The notes beneath the pieces were generated by a model. The model saw nothing but the letters and a program-made list of their open reading frames with translations, was not told the DNA's origin and did no database searches. From positions 1 through 44,309 of the forward strand of contig JBILJE010000001.1 of NCBI GenBank assembly GCA_044377395.1: DNA of 44,309 bases. Reading direction: 5' to 3'. This DNA comes from Rariglobus sp. GTDB taxonomy: Bacteria; Verrucomicrobiota; Verrucomicrobiia; Opitutales; Opitutaceae. This document shows, piece after piece, positions 15,204-24,413 of the stretch. How positions within the stretch are numbered: the first letter of the stretch is position 1; the number at the start of each line of letters is the position of its first letter. The translations under genes were made by a program, and so were the position numbers.

Positions 15204-17936
15204 TTAGAACTGCTTCGTGACTGTGATCTGATAGCCGCGTCCGGGCATCGCGGAGACGAGCACATCGCCGGCTCCGGTGCCGTTACGGCCGCGGAAGGAT
15301 TGCACGTCGGTGATGTTCTTCACATCGAGCTTAATACTCCAACTGTTCTTCTTGTAGCCGACGCCGGTGTTGAACGTTAAGGCTTCGGGCAAGGTGACCG
15401 TCTGCAGACGTCCGGAGTGAATTTCCGAGATGTAGTTGCCGCTGCCGCTGATCAGGAAGCCACTGTCGAACGTATACTGGGCCTGAAGACCGTGTGAGGT
15501 GCCCGGGTAGGAGGGGTGCTCGGTCTTTTCGCCCTTAGGGACGCCGATGCTGGCCACGCCTCCCTGGGTGAAGGCTTCGGCCGGGTAGATAACGTTACCG
15601 GATCCGTCCAGCACATCGGTGAAGCCGAGTGGCTCGCCATGAACACGAACGAATTCAGTGCCGCTGAACACGAGCTCGGTCTTCTGGAAGACGGAGAACC
15701 CGCCGACCCAGAAGTTTTTATTTGGTGCGTAACGGAACTCGAATTCGATGCCTTCGCCTTTCACATTACCGAGACCGCCCGCTAGCGGGTTACCCGCAGC
15801 ATCCGCAGTGACGGTGCTGCGTTCCTGACTGTATGCAGCGACAGCTGTGTAGAGTTTTCCGCCGAGGAAGTTTCCTTTGACGCCGACTTCCGTCATGACG
15901 GCCGGGTCATAGGGACCCGCTTTTACCAAGTTGCCGGGCATTGTCAGGTCCGCGCTGTCACTCAGTGCGGTTTGCTGACCAAAGGTGATGTAGGGAATGA
16001 GTCCGAACGGGGCCTTGCCCGAGAGACTGATGGTATATGACTTTCCTAAGTCATTGCCTTCGCCTGAGTTCGAGGCTGCGGCGGCGGCATTTGTGAAGGT
16101 GCCGTCTGTACCGATTGAGTAGAGTCCGGCAGGAACTTCAGTTTCTGCTTGGATGTAATCTAGGCGACCGCCTACGAGTAGGTTGAGCTTTTCGAAGAAC
16201 TCGATGTCGAACATTGAACCAACGCCGCTCTCGGCGTAACTGGTCGTGATGTCACCGCTAAAAGGAGCGCCGCCGTTAAAGTAGTCCGAGTTTTCTTTAG
16301 GCGATACGAATAAATCGTCAGCGGTGCGGATGTTGTTATCAAGCGAGAGATCGGGGCGATCATCGTAGTCCCCAGAGTTGAATCGACGTGAGGCATTCGT
16401 GTAACGGAGATTGACCGAGGAGATGGTGTTAATACCGAGCCAGTCGGGCAATTTGTCGTCGGGGAGTTTGGCCTCCAAAGTGAATTTATCCTCCACAATC
16501 CAGACGTCCTGCTTTTGGTAGAATGGAAGCTCGGAATCTTTAAACTGATCCTGTGAATCAAAAAGAATCTGATTCTTGATCTTCGCGTCCGGGTTCTTGT
16601 CGTTGACGAAGTCGATGTAGGCCAAGCCCAATTTGGCGAAGAGTTCTTTCTCCAGCGCCACGTGGTGGTAGTTAATCTCGGCGGCTTTAACCGTGTCGGG
16701 ATCTTGGACAAATCCTTTTGGAAGGACGTTGAGCAACTTTAAGTTATTACCGTAGCGTGCGGGGTCGGCTGCCATTGTGGCAACGAACGCCGGGTTGGAT
16801 GCGTGAAGAGCGGCAAGAGCGCTATTGGCATTGGCTCCAGCGCCGGTGGGGATAACGGGGTTGGCTAGCGCGGTCGCATACTTGGTGCCCGCGCCAAAAC
16901 GTTGGACAAGCGCGCGGTTGGTCGAACTGGCCGCGCCGAACACGCCGCCTACGGGTGAGCCGAGAACCATTTCCCGCTCGGAGATCTTGCCACTGCCATC
17001 CGTGTCGAGCTTCACCATAGCGCTACCGCCCCAGTAGGTGCCATCGTCGATAAGTTCTTGGGTTACGCGGTTCAGGAAGCCGCCAGCACCTTTGGTCTCT
17101 TGGTAATTAACCCCGGTTTCCATGCGCCATGATTTGTTGATGTCTTTAGAGATGGCACCCTGTATCACTTTCTGTCCGAGCGGCACGTTCACGTAATAAG
17201 AGTCGGAGTCTTCGACCAAACCGAAGAGGTAGTAACCACCGGGATTTTCGTCTTTTTTGCCGAGCTTGAGTGAACCGCCGTAGCCGAACGAGGCGATGCG
17301 CTTGTTCTCGCTGCCAAACGTTAATTCAGCGAAGCCCTTGGACTCGTCCAAGTAAGCGCCGGCGCGGGAGCGGCCGGACTTGGGCGTCATGTTAGTGTAG
17401 CCGCCGATCTTGCCGGAGCCAAAGTAAGCGGGCGCGGGACCGCGAACCACTTCGACTTGGTCGTTGGCGGCAAGTACGGTGCGCGAGTTGCCCTGGGGCT
17501 CGATGCGCTTCATGCCGCGGAAATAGGTGTCCGCGGTCATATTGCGGATATCGATGTTGCCCTGGATGCCCCACCGGGTGGTGGTGTTGGCATTCGGGAC
17601 GATACGCGAGAGATCGGACACCTCGCTGATCGCCATGTTGGCGAGCATCTCGGAGCTGACAACGGAGACGGAACGGGGAGTCTCGACAATCGTCTTGGAG
17701 AAGCCGATCGCGCCCTCGATGGGCTGCGTGGGCAGAATGAAATTCGGGTCTTGGGATTCCTGGACGGAGAACTCTTCGAGGGTGATGATTTCTTCGCCGG
17801 CCTTGGCTGGTGCCGGAGTGGTCTGTGCGTGAAGCAGGCCAGCGGGGGTCATCAAACATAGAGTGGAACTGACGAGCACGCCGCCTTTGCGCAGGCACGA
17901 CGGCGTCCTCGGGATGGGCTTTGTCTTCTTTTTCAT
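15204..17936 (-). CDS. TonB-dependent outer-membrane receptor
   Basis: Signal peptide (LHA-Q), TonB-box-like EIITLEEFSV, plug motifs ETPRSVSVVS and QVEVVRGPAPAYFGSGKIGG, barrel motifs EVGVKG and GEGIEFE, C-terminal GRGYQITVTKQF ending in Phe. Confidence 0.93.
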   Translation of the reverse strand: MKKKTKPIPRTPSCLRKGGVLVSSTLCLMTPAGLLHAQTTPAPAKAGEEIITLEEFSVQESQDPNFILPTQPIEGAIGFSKTIVETPRSVSVVSSEMLANMAISEVSDLSRIVPNANTTTRWGIQGNIDIRNMTADTYFRGMKRIEPQGNSRTVLAANDQVEVVRGPAPAYFGSGKIGGYTNMTPKSGRSRAGAYLDESKGFAELTFGSENKRIASFGYGGSLKLGKKDENPGGYYLFGLVEDSDSYYVNVPLGQKVIQGAISKDINKSWRMETGVNYQETKGAGGFLNRVTQELIDDGTYWGGSAMVKLDTDGSGKISEREMVLGSPVGGVFGAASSTNRALVQRFGAGTKYATALANPVIPTGAGANANSALAALHASNPAFVATMAADPARYGNNLKLLNVLPKGFVQDPDTVKAAEINYHHVALEKELFAKLGLAYIDFVNDKNPDAKIKNQILFDSQDQFKDSELPFYQKQDVWIVEDKFTLEAKLPDDKLPDWLGINTISSVNLRYTNASRRFNSGDYDDRPDLSLDNNIRTADDLFVSPKENSDYFNGGAPFSGDITTSYAESGVGSMFDIEFFEKLNLLVGGRLDYIQAETEVPAGLYSIGTDGTFTNAAAAASNSGEGNDLGKSYTISLSGKAPFGLIPYITFGQQTALSDSADLTMPGNLVKAGPYDPAVMTEVGVKGNFLGGKLYTAVAAYSQERSTVTADAAGNPLAGGLGNVKGEGIEFEFRYAPNKNFWVGGFSVFQKTELVFSGTEFVRVHGEPLGFTDVLDGSGNVIYPAEAFTQGGVASIGVPKGEKTEHPSYPGTSHGLQAQYTFDSGFLISGSGNYISEIHSGRLQTVTLPEALTFNTGVGYKKNSWSIKLDVKNITDVQSFRGRNGTGAGDVLVSAMPGRGYQITVTKQF

Positions 17937-18030
17937 GTGGGCTCTGGATGTTTTCTGGATGTGTCGTTTGCTAATGATGCGGTTGGTGGTTTGCGCATTT
18001 CACCGAATCAAGTTGGTCATTATTTGACTG

Positions 18031-18051
18031 GGCGCTGTTGCGAACAGCGCC
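18031..18051. promoter_or_regulatory. Perfect palindrome upstream of the receptor (candidate operator or 5'-UTR hairpin)
   Basis: GGCGCTGTT-gcg-AACAGCGCC about 95 bp upstream of the ATG, directly adjacent to TTGGCAC on the minus strand. Confidence 0.35.
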
Positions 18052-18389
18052 GTGCCAATGTGGTCGACAACTCAGCACCCACTGTGCCCAGAGCGCGTTC
18101 CGTTAAACGTAGGCTGGGTAGTTTGATAAGATTCAACAGGCGCGTTGCGCTGATTCACTTCTGCTCAAGCGCACCAGGGTTGAGGACCGATTCTGCCCTG
18201 CCGCGCGGTTACAACCCGCACAAGCCGGATCAGGGCAGTCATCAGCCGCTGCTGTGCGTGGTGGCTGGATACTCTTCTTAGGCGTAGATCATGTCCTCTG
18301 AGCGGCCGGTCCTTCAGGCAGTAGTTTTGCGTGGAATCAACGGCTCCGCATAGGTCAGAGCATTTTAATGAAAACGGTAGCCGTTTAAG

Positions 18390-18451
18390 GCAGCGCAGAC
18401 TTCCAGTCTGCTCCGGCAGGCGTCCGAGGCAGACAGGGAAGTCTGCGCTAC
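18390..18451. repeat. GTAG-type REP inverted doublet (family A)
   Basis: GCAGCGCAGACTTCCAGTCTGC...GCAGACAGGGAAGTCTGCGCTAC; near-identical to 29135-29196 including the spacer. Confidence 0.8.
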
Positions 18452-18600
18452 TTTTTCGGCTGCCCGAACCAGCCCACACGGAGGAGGGCCCTCCCGTTGC
18501 TCGATTTCGAGGCGCGACCCATCGGGGGCGTGCCTTTTTTGTGGCCTCGCCGTCTGGCCGCCTATTCTTTTCGTTTTAATCTCCGCTGTCTTTGCCTGCC

Positions 18601-19581
18601 ATGAACCCGCCCCTTACGATTTGGTGTAACGCCACGCTCTCCGCCCCCGCCGAACAACGGCTTGCCTTCGGGCTCGCCGAGCACCGGCTGGTTTTCGCCC
18701 AAAAGCGCTCCGCTTCCGTGCTAGCTGCCGGCCCTTCCGACGCCGGTTTTTTGGAGGCCGATGTGGTGCTGGGTCAGCCCGACGCGGGCGATTGTTTACG
18801 GAACCCAAAACTCCGCTGGCTCGCGGTGACCAGCGCGGGTTACGGGCGCTACGATACCCCCGAGTTTTTGGAGAAATTTCGCGCCCGGGGTTCGGTGTTC
18901 ACCAGCAGTTCGAGCGTCTTTGCCGAGCCCTGCGCCCAACACGTTCTCGGGATGATGCTCGCCCTCGGCCGTCAACTGCTCGCCTCTCACGCCGAGCAAC
19001 TCGGGGAGCGCCGCTGGCAGTTTTTCGAGCGTCGCGCAGCCTCGGTGCTGCTCAACGGCCAGACCGTTCTCCTGCTTGGTTACGGCACGATCGCGCGGCG
19101 GTTAACCGAACTGCTCGCCCCCTTCGGGATGAAAATCTACGCCGTGCGCCGTAAAACCCACAGTGAGCGCGGCGTTCACGTCATCTCCGAAGAACGCGTT
19201 TCTTCGGTGCTGGGCGAGGCCGACCACATCATCAACTTGCTGCCCGACAACGAGGCCACCGCCAACTACGTCAACGCCCGCCGACTGAGTGCGTGCAAGC
19301 CGGGGGCGCGGTTTTATAACATCGGGCGCGGCTCCACGGTGGACGAACGTGCGCTGGTGCAGGCGCTGGAAAACGGGCGGCTTGGGGCGGCTTATTTGGA
19401 CGTTTTCGCCGAGGAGCCGCTGCCGACGTCGAGCCCGTTGTGGACGGCGCCGAATTGTTTTATCACCCCGCACACGGCCGGCGGGCGCAGCGACCAGGAT
19501 CTCGCTCTGGTCGGGCATTTTTTGGAAAACTTCGCCGCGTTTGTCGCGGGTGGTGCGGCGATGACGGACCGGGTGGTGTGA
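18601..19581 (+). CDS. D-isomer-specific 2-hydroxyacid dehydrogenase (NAD(P)-binding)
   Basis: LLGYGTIA Rossmann motif, NIGRG, AYLDVF..EP, ITPHTAG; ATG at 18601. Confidence 0.9.
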   Translation: MNPPLTIWCNATLSAPAEQRLAFGLAEHRLVFAQKRSASVLAAGPSDAGFLEADVVLGQPDAGDCLRNPKLRWLAVTSAGYGRYDTPEFLEKFRARGSVFTSSSSVFAEPCAQHVLGMMLALGRQLLASHAEQLGERRWQFFERRAASVLLNGQTVLLLGYGTIARRLTELLAPFGMKIYAVRRKTHSERGVHVISEERVSSVLGEADHIINLLPDNEATANYVNARRLSACKPGARFYNIGRGSTVDERALVQALENGRLGAAYLDVFAEEPLPTSSPLWTAPNCFITPHTAGGRSDQDLALVGHFLENFAAFVAGGAAMTDRVV

Positions 19582-19615
19582 GGCTAATTAGCTTTAGGCT
19601 TGAGGGCTACGGAAT

Positions 19616-19749
19616 CCTTGAGCTCACGCTCAAGGCCACGGGAGTGGAGGCGTGAAGCTCAACGCAGGCCTACGGGGGAGGTTCGGGGTTGGGATGTGGC
19701 CTACGGGGAGGTTCGGGGCTGGGATGTGGCCTTGAGCGTGAGCTCAAGG
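19616..19749. repeat. GTGG-type REP inverted doublet (family B) with an internal ~30-bp tandem duplication
   Basis: CCTTGAGCTCACGCTCAAGGCCAC (19616-19639) and GTGGCCTTGAGCGTGAGCTCAAGG (19726-19749); direct repeat 19667-19697 / 19698-19727 between them. Confidence 0.8.
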
Positions 19750-19882
19750 TTCGGCTAGGCGCTGCCGGAAGGCGTTTGCCGCTTTGCGCGGATGTTCCCT
19801 TCTTTTGGTTTGGCGCGGACGAATTCTGTCCCCACGGTTTACCTGTCGTTAGCATTTCGTTGAACCCCATTGATCGCTCGCC

Positions 19883-22804
19883 ATGGCCGATGACTTTTTG
19901 AACCCTGTTTCCCCCGCTCGCCCCGCGCAGTTGACGATGGCTTTGGAGCTTGAGGCGGCGGAGAAGGAGTTTTCGGTAAAGATGCATCTTGCCCGCGAGC
20001 TCACCGAGTCGGCGCTGTCGCGCAAAGCCCTGCAAGCGCTACTTGAGGATCAGAAGCGCGTGGAAGCGGCGTTACGGGCCACCGAACGGCGTTACCGTAC
20101 CCTGTTTGAAGGTGCCCCGGATCCGGTTTTTTTGCTCTCAATCGAGCCGACGAATTCCGGCCGAATCCTGGATGTAAACGAGTCGGCGTGCCGGGCTTAT
20201 GGATACAAGCGCGAGGAGCTGCTAGCCATGCGTATTACGGATTTGAACACGGCAAAATCGGGCGCGACGGCGGCGGCGCGCATCAAGCGTATGTTGGCAG
20301 GCGACGGCTTGGCGTTTGAGTTCATTCACCGCCGCAAGAACCTGTCTGAATTCCCCGTGGAGGTGAATGCCAGCTTGGTGGAGCTGGATGGGCGGGTGTG
20401 CATGCTGGCGTTTGGCCGTGACATCACTGCGCACAAACGCGCCGAGGCTGCACTCGCGTTAAAAGAAAACCGCTTCCGTGCGATCATCGAGGTTTCGCCG
20501 GTGCCGATGGCGCTCAACGACGACCGCGGCGTGATCACGTTCCTGAACCCGGCGTTCACCCAGATTTTCGGTTATTCGCGGGAGGACATTCCCACGCTCG
20601 CGGAGTGGTGGGCCAAGGCTTATCCCGATGCGGCATATCGCCAGTGGGCGAGCGGTATTTGGCAGGTAGAGTTGGAGCGCTCAAAACGCTCCGGCACCCC
20701 GTTTACGCCGATGGAGTTCACCCTCACGTGTAGAAATGGGATGCGTAAGACGGTACTGGCCAATGCCGCGCCCAGTTCCACGGCCTACGAGACCGATCAT
20801 CTGGTGGTGTTGTACGACATCACTGACCGCAAAGAGGCGGAGGCGGCCTTGTGCGAGTCGGAGGCCCGTTGGCGTTTCGCCATGGATGGTTCCGGCGATG
20901 GCATGTGGGATTGGCGTGTCGATACCGGTATGGTGTTTTACTCCAAGCGGTGGAAATCGATGCTCGGTTACGCCGAGGATGAGTTGAGCAACATGGTCAA
21001 GGAGTGGGAGCAACTGGTGCATCCGGACGATTTGCCGCGGGCGCTGGACTCGGCGGCGGACCATTTTCGCGGTCACTCCGAGCACCATGTCGTCGAGCAG
21101 CGCATGCGTTGCAAGGATGGTTCGTGGAAGTGGATTCTTGCGCGTGGGCGGGTGATTGAATGGTCCGCGCCGGGCAAACCACGGCGCATGATCGGCACCT
21201 ACACCGATATCGATTTGGAGAAGCGTCGCGAGGAGACCCAGCAGGCGCTGGTGCGGCGGCTCGATTTGGTGATGCGTGCCTCGAACCTCGGGGTGTGGGA
21301 GTATGATTTGCAGACCGGTTACCTCGACTGGGACGATGCCATGCACTCGCTCTTTGGTTGGAGTCGTGAGGAGGCGGGTGGTTCGCTTGAGGCTTTTCGC
21401 AGTAGCGTCCATCCTGACGATCTGGCGCGCATGGACCAGACGATCGTGGACATGCGCGGCGGGCGGGTTTTTCAATCCTTCGAGTTTCGCATTATCCGCC
21501 GCTCCGACGGGGCATTGCGCACGATTGAGGGCAACGGCTACCTGTTGCGCGACGGCGATGGGTTGCCGCAGCGCTTACTGGGCATGAACCGCGACATTAC
21601 GGATAAAAAGGAGGCGGAGTTGAGTCGGCGGCAGTTGGAAATCCAGTTTGGGCAGGCGCAGAAGATGGAGACGCTCGGCACGCTGGCAGGAGGCATTGCG
21701 CATGACTTTAATAATTTGTTGGCCGGCATGATTGGCTGCCTCGAACTGGCGCTGCCGTTGTTGCCCGAAGCGCATCCTGCGGGTGATTGGATGGGGCGGG
21801 CACGGGGCGCGGGGCTGCGTGCGCGCGATTTGGTCAAGCGCCTGATGTTGTTCTCGCGGCGCACCCCTAGTGTTGGTCGCAAATCAATGCAGGTTAAGCA
21901 GTTAATAGATGAAACGCTGCCGATTCTAAACGCCAGCTTGCCGTCCTCGATCGTAATCCGCACCCAGAAAAATCCCGCATTGAGCGAAGTTTTGGGCGAT
22001 TACGGCCAACTCCAGCAGGTTCTCATGAACCTGTGCTTGAATGCTGCCCACGCCATTGGGGCCAAACAAGGCCAGATCACGCTGGATGTGCGTCCCGCCG
22101 AGGAATTGTCGGTCGATGGCCGGATGAATCCGGCGGGCGCACAGGTGTGTTTGTCGGTGGCCGATGATGGCTGCGGCATGGATCAGGAGACGCAGGCGCG
22201 AATCTTCGACCCATTTTTCACCACCAAGCCCGAAGGCCAGGGAACGGGGCTGGGGCTGTCGATTGTGCACGGCATCGTGCACGATCATGGGGGGACGATT
22301 CGCCTGCGCAGTGCGCCCGGACAGGGGACCTGCTTCGAGGTTTACCTTCCGGTTATTCAGAAGACACCGGTGGTGGTTGAGCCGCCGAGTGCGCCGGTGG
22401 CGGTGTTGGCCGGGGGCGGCCGCAAGGTGTTGCTGGTCGATGACGAGGAAGTGCTGCGCACGTTTGTGGCCGCCGTGCTCACCATGGCCGGCTTCGAAGT
22501 CGTCGCGGCGGATAACGGGCTCAATGGCGCCGCTGTTTTCGCCGCCACCCCGGATGCGTTTTCGTTCGCCATCGTGGATCTCTCGATGCCCGGCCGCAAC
22601 GGGTTCGAACTGATCGGGGATATGCGGGCGCTGCGCCCTGGTCTGCCCGTGATCTTGATGAGCGGTGACCACAACCGGTACGGCGGGGCAGGGGGTAACC
22701 TAGGCGCAGAAAGCTATATTCGCCTTTCTAAACCGTTTGCTATTGAAGAGTTGAATGCGGTAATTGCGCCGCTTCTGGAGGCTAAACCCAGCCCCTTAGC
22801 GTAG
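19883..22804 (+). CDS. Cytoplasmic hybrid sensor histidine kinase / response regulator with four PAS/PAC domains
   Basis: Four PAS-PAC modules ending RDIT/YDIT/TDID/RDIT, H-box GGIAHDFNNLL, QVLMNLCLNA, DDGCGM, FDPFFTTK, GTGLGL, receiver LLVDDE...VDLSMPG...KPF; no transmembrane segment. Confidence 0.93.
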   Translation: MADDFLNPVSPARPAQLTMALELEAAEKEFSVKMHLARELTESALSRKALQALLEDQKRVEAALRATERRYRTLFEGAPDPVFLLSIEPTNSGRILDVNESACRAYGYKREELLAMRITDLNTAKSGATAAARIKRMLAGDGLAFEFIHRRKNLSEFPVEVNASLVELDGRVCMLAFGRDITAHKRAEAALALKENRFRAIIEVSPVPMALNDDRGVITFLNPAFTQIFGYSREDIPTLAEWWAKAYPDAAYRQWASGIWQVELERSKRSGTPFTPMEFTLTCRNGMRKTVLANAAPSSTAYETDHLVVLYDITDRKEAEAALCESEARWRFAMDGSGDGMWDWRVDTGMVFYSKRWKSMLGYAEDELSNMVKEWEQLVHPDDLPRALDSAADHFRGHSEHHVVEQRMRCKDGSWKWILARGRVIEWSAPGKPRRMIGTYTDIDLEKRREETQQALVRRLDLVMRASNLGVWEYDLQTGYLDWDDAMHSLFGWSREEAGGSLEAFRSSVHPDDLARMDQTIVDMRGGRVFQSFEFRIIRRSDGALRTIEGNGYLLRDGDGLPQRLLGMNRDITDKKEAELSRRQLEIQFGQAQKMETLGTLAGGIAHDFNNLLAGMIGCLELALPLLPEAHPAGDWMGRARGAGLRARDLVKRLMLFSRRTPSVGRKSMQVKQLIDETLPILNASLPSSIVIRTQKNPALSEVLGDYGQLQQVLMNLCLNAAHAIGAKQGQITLDVRPAEELSVDGRMNPAGAQVCLSVADDGCGMDQETQARIFDPFFTTKPEGQGTGLGLSIVHGIVHDHGGTIRLRSAPGQGTCFEVYLPVIQKTPVVVEPPSAPVAVLAGGGRKVLLVDDEEVLRTFVAAVLTMAGFEVVAADNGLNGAAVFAATPDAFSFAIVDLSMPGRNGFELIGDMRALRPGLPVILMSGDHNRYGGAGGNLGAESYIRLSKPFAIEELNAVIAPLLEAKPSPLA

Positions 22805-22875
22805 ACTTTGCGGAACACTCCGCACCGGTTGTCGTGCGATTGACTGGGGGAATTTGGTAGATTCTGATTGTTTTT

Positions 22876-24162
22876 ATGGACACCCAATCATGGCTGCATC
22901 CGCGTGACGAACTGGTGGCAACGATGGATCGTATCTATCGCTACCACATGACGACGACCTCGGGAGGTAACCTCTCGATCCTCGATCCCGATGGGAGCAT
23001 TTGGATTACACCTTCCCGTGTAGATAAAGGCTCGCTGCGATCTACCGACATCGTGCGGGTCAAGGCGGATGGTTCCCGCGAGGGGCTGCACCCGCCTTCC
23101 TCGGAATTCCCCTTTCACCGGGAAATTTACCGTGTTCGCCCCGACATCAAGGCGATCGTGCACGCCCATCCCGGAGCGCTGGTGGCGTTCAGTATCGTAC
23201 GCCGTTTGCCCGAGACTCGCGTGCAAACCCACGCCTACAACCTGTGCGGCAAGATCGCTTATGCGCCTTATGCCTGCCCGGGCAGTCAGGAACTAGGTGA
23301 CAAAATCGCGGCTGCCTTTGCCGAGGGCGCGGACTGCGTGATGCTGGAAAATCACGGTGTGGTCATCGGTGGACGGGATTTGGCTGAAGCGTTCCAGCGT
23401 TTTGAGACCCTGGAGTTCGTGGCGCAGACGGTGATCCGCGCGTCGGCGTTGGGCGAATTGCGCACGTTGCCCAATGACATGCTCACCGGCCATGCCGTGC
23501 CGGATTACACCCCGTTGGATTCGCAGGTGCCCACCAATCATGAAAAGGAGTTGCGCACCGAAGTGTGTGCGTTTGCCCAGCGCGCTTACCGCCAGAAGCT
23601 GATGATTAGCACCGCCGGAGCCATTTCGGCGCGGTTGGACGCGCAGCAGTTTGTGATCACGCCGCGCCGCCGGGATCGGCTCGATTTGAAGCCATCCAGC
23701 CTTGTTCGCGCGACCAAGGATTCGATGGAGATGGGTAAACGTGGCAGCCGCACGAGCCGGTTGCATGGCCTCATTTACGCGGCGAATCCAGAAATCGGAG
23801 TGATCATTAATGCCCAGCCGATGTGCGCCAGTGCGTTTTGTATGAGTGATGCCGAGTTTAGCTCGCGCACCATCCCGGAGAGTTACTTGGTGCTCGGCGA
23901 TGCCCCCAAGGTGCCCTTTGCCTGTGTGGTCAACGACGCCGAGGCGCTGGCGGCAAGGATGTCTCTTAAAAAATGTCCCGTCCTGCTGATTGAGAATGAA
24001 GGAGCGCTCATCGTGGGCCGTACCCTGCTGGAGGCGTTTGACCGGCTCGAAGTTTTGGAGGCCACTGCGGAAGCGCTGCAGTTGAGCCGCCCGCTCGGGC
24101 CGTTGGTGCCGATGCCCGAGAGCGCCTTGGCAGAGCTCCGCAAGGCATTCGGAATGGACTGA
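22876..24162 (+). CDS. Class II aldolase/adducin family protein (fuculose/rhamnulose-1-phosphate aldolase-like) with two tandem domains
   Basis: Domain 1 has TTSGGNLS, PSSEFPFH, IVHAHP and LENHG. Domain 2 is a degenerate copy (STAGAIS, IINAQP, IENEG). Confidence 0.85.
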   Translation: MDTQSWLHPRDELVATMDRIYRYHMTTTSGGNLSILDPDGSIWITPSRVDKGSLRSTDIVRVKADGSREGLHPPSSEFPFHREIYRVRPDIKAIVHAHPGALVAFSIVRRLPETRVQTHAYNLCGKIAYAPYACPGSQELGDKIAAAFAEGADCVMLENHGVVIGGRDLAEAFQRFETLEFVAQTVIRASALGELRTLPNDMLTGHAVPDYTPLDSQVPTNHEKELRTEVCAFAQRAYRQKLMISTAGAISARLDAQQFVITPRRRDRLDLKPSSLVRATKDSMEMGKRGSRTSRLHGLIYAANPEIGVIINAQPMCASAFCMSDAEFSSRTIPESYLVLGDAPKVPFACVVNDAEALAARMSLKKCPVLLIENEGALIVGRTLLEAFDRLEVLEATAEALQLSRPLGPLVPMPESALAELRKAFGMD

Positions 24163-24266
24163 GCCAGAGACTGGAACGCCCAAGGTGAATCCAGTGGATT
24201 GATCATGCGTGGTCTAGGTGAGGTAAATTACCAAAGAATGCAGCTTGCTTGCAGTCGTTAGTTTAT

Positions 24267-24326
24267 GGAGGGACGACCTCCGTGTCGTCCGTGTTCGATC
24301 CAGCCCACACGGAGGTGGGCCCTCTC
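24267..24326. repeat. GGAG-footed REP-like inverted doublet (family C); other arms at 18465-18495, 27476-27549, 29099-29239
   Basis: GGAGGGACGACCTCCGTGTCGTCC-gtgttcgatcc-AGCCCACACGGAGGTGGGCCCTCTC, located between convergent genes. Confidence 0.7.
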
Positions 24327-24413
24327 TCGATCAGCGGCATGCAATCATGCCGCTGATCCCTCGTCGAATTAGCCTCATTTTGAGCGGGAATGAGGATTAG
24401 GTGCCGCCTCGGC

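Noticed and set aside
18038-18058. Sigma54 promoter upstream of the receptor
   Set aside because: The -24 element TTGGCACG is good, but GG-N10 is followed by TT rather than GC, and sigma54 spacing is strict.
17937-18590. Guanidine-I (ykkC) or other known riboswitch ahead of the receptor
   Set aside because: I could not find the conserved core motifs by eye on the minus strand. An Infernal scan would be needed to exclude other classes.
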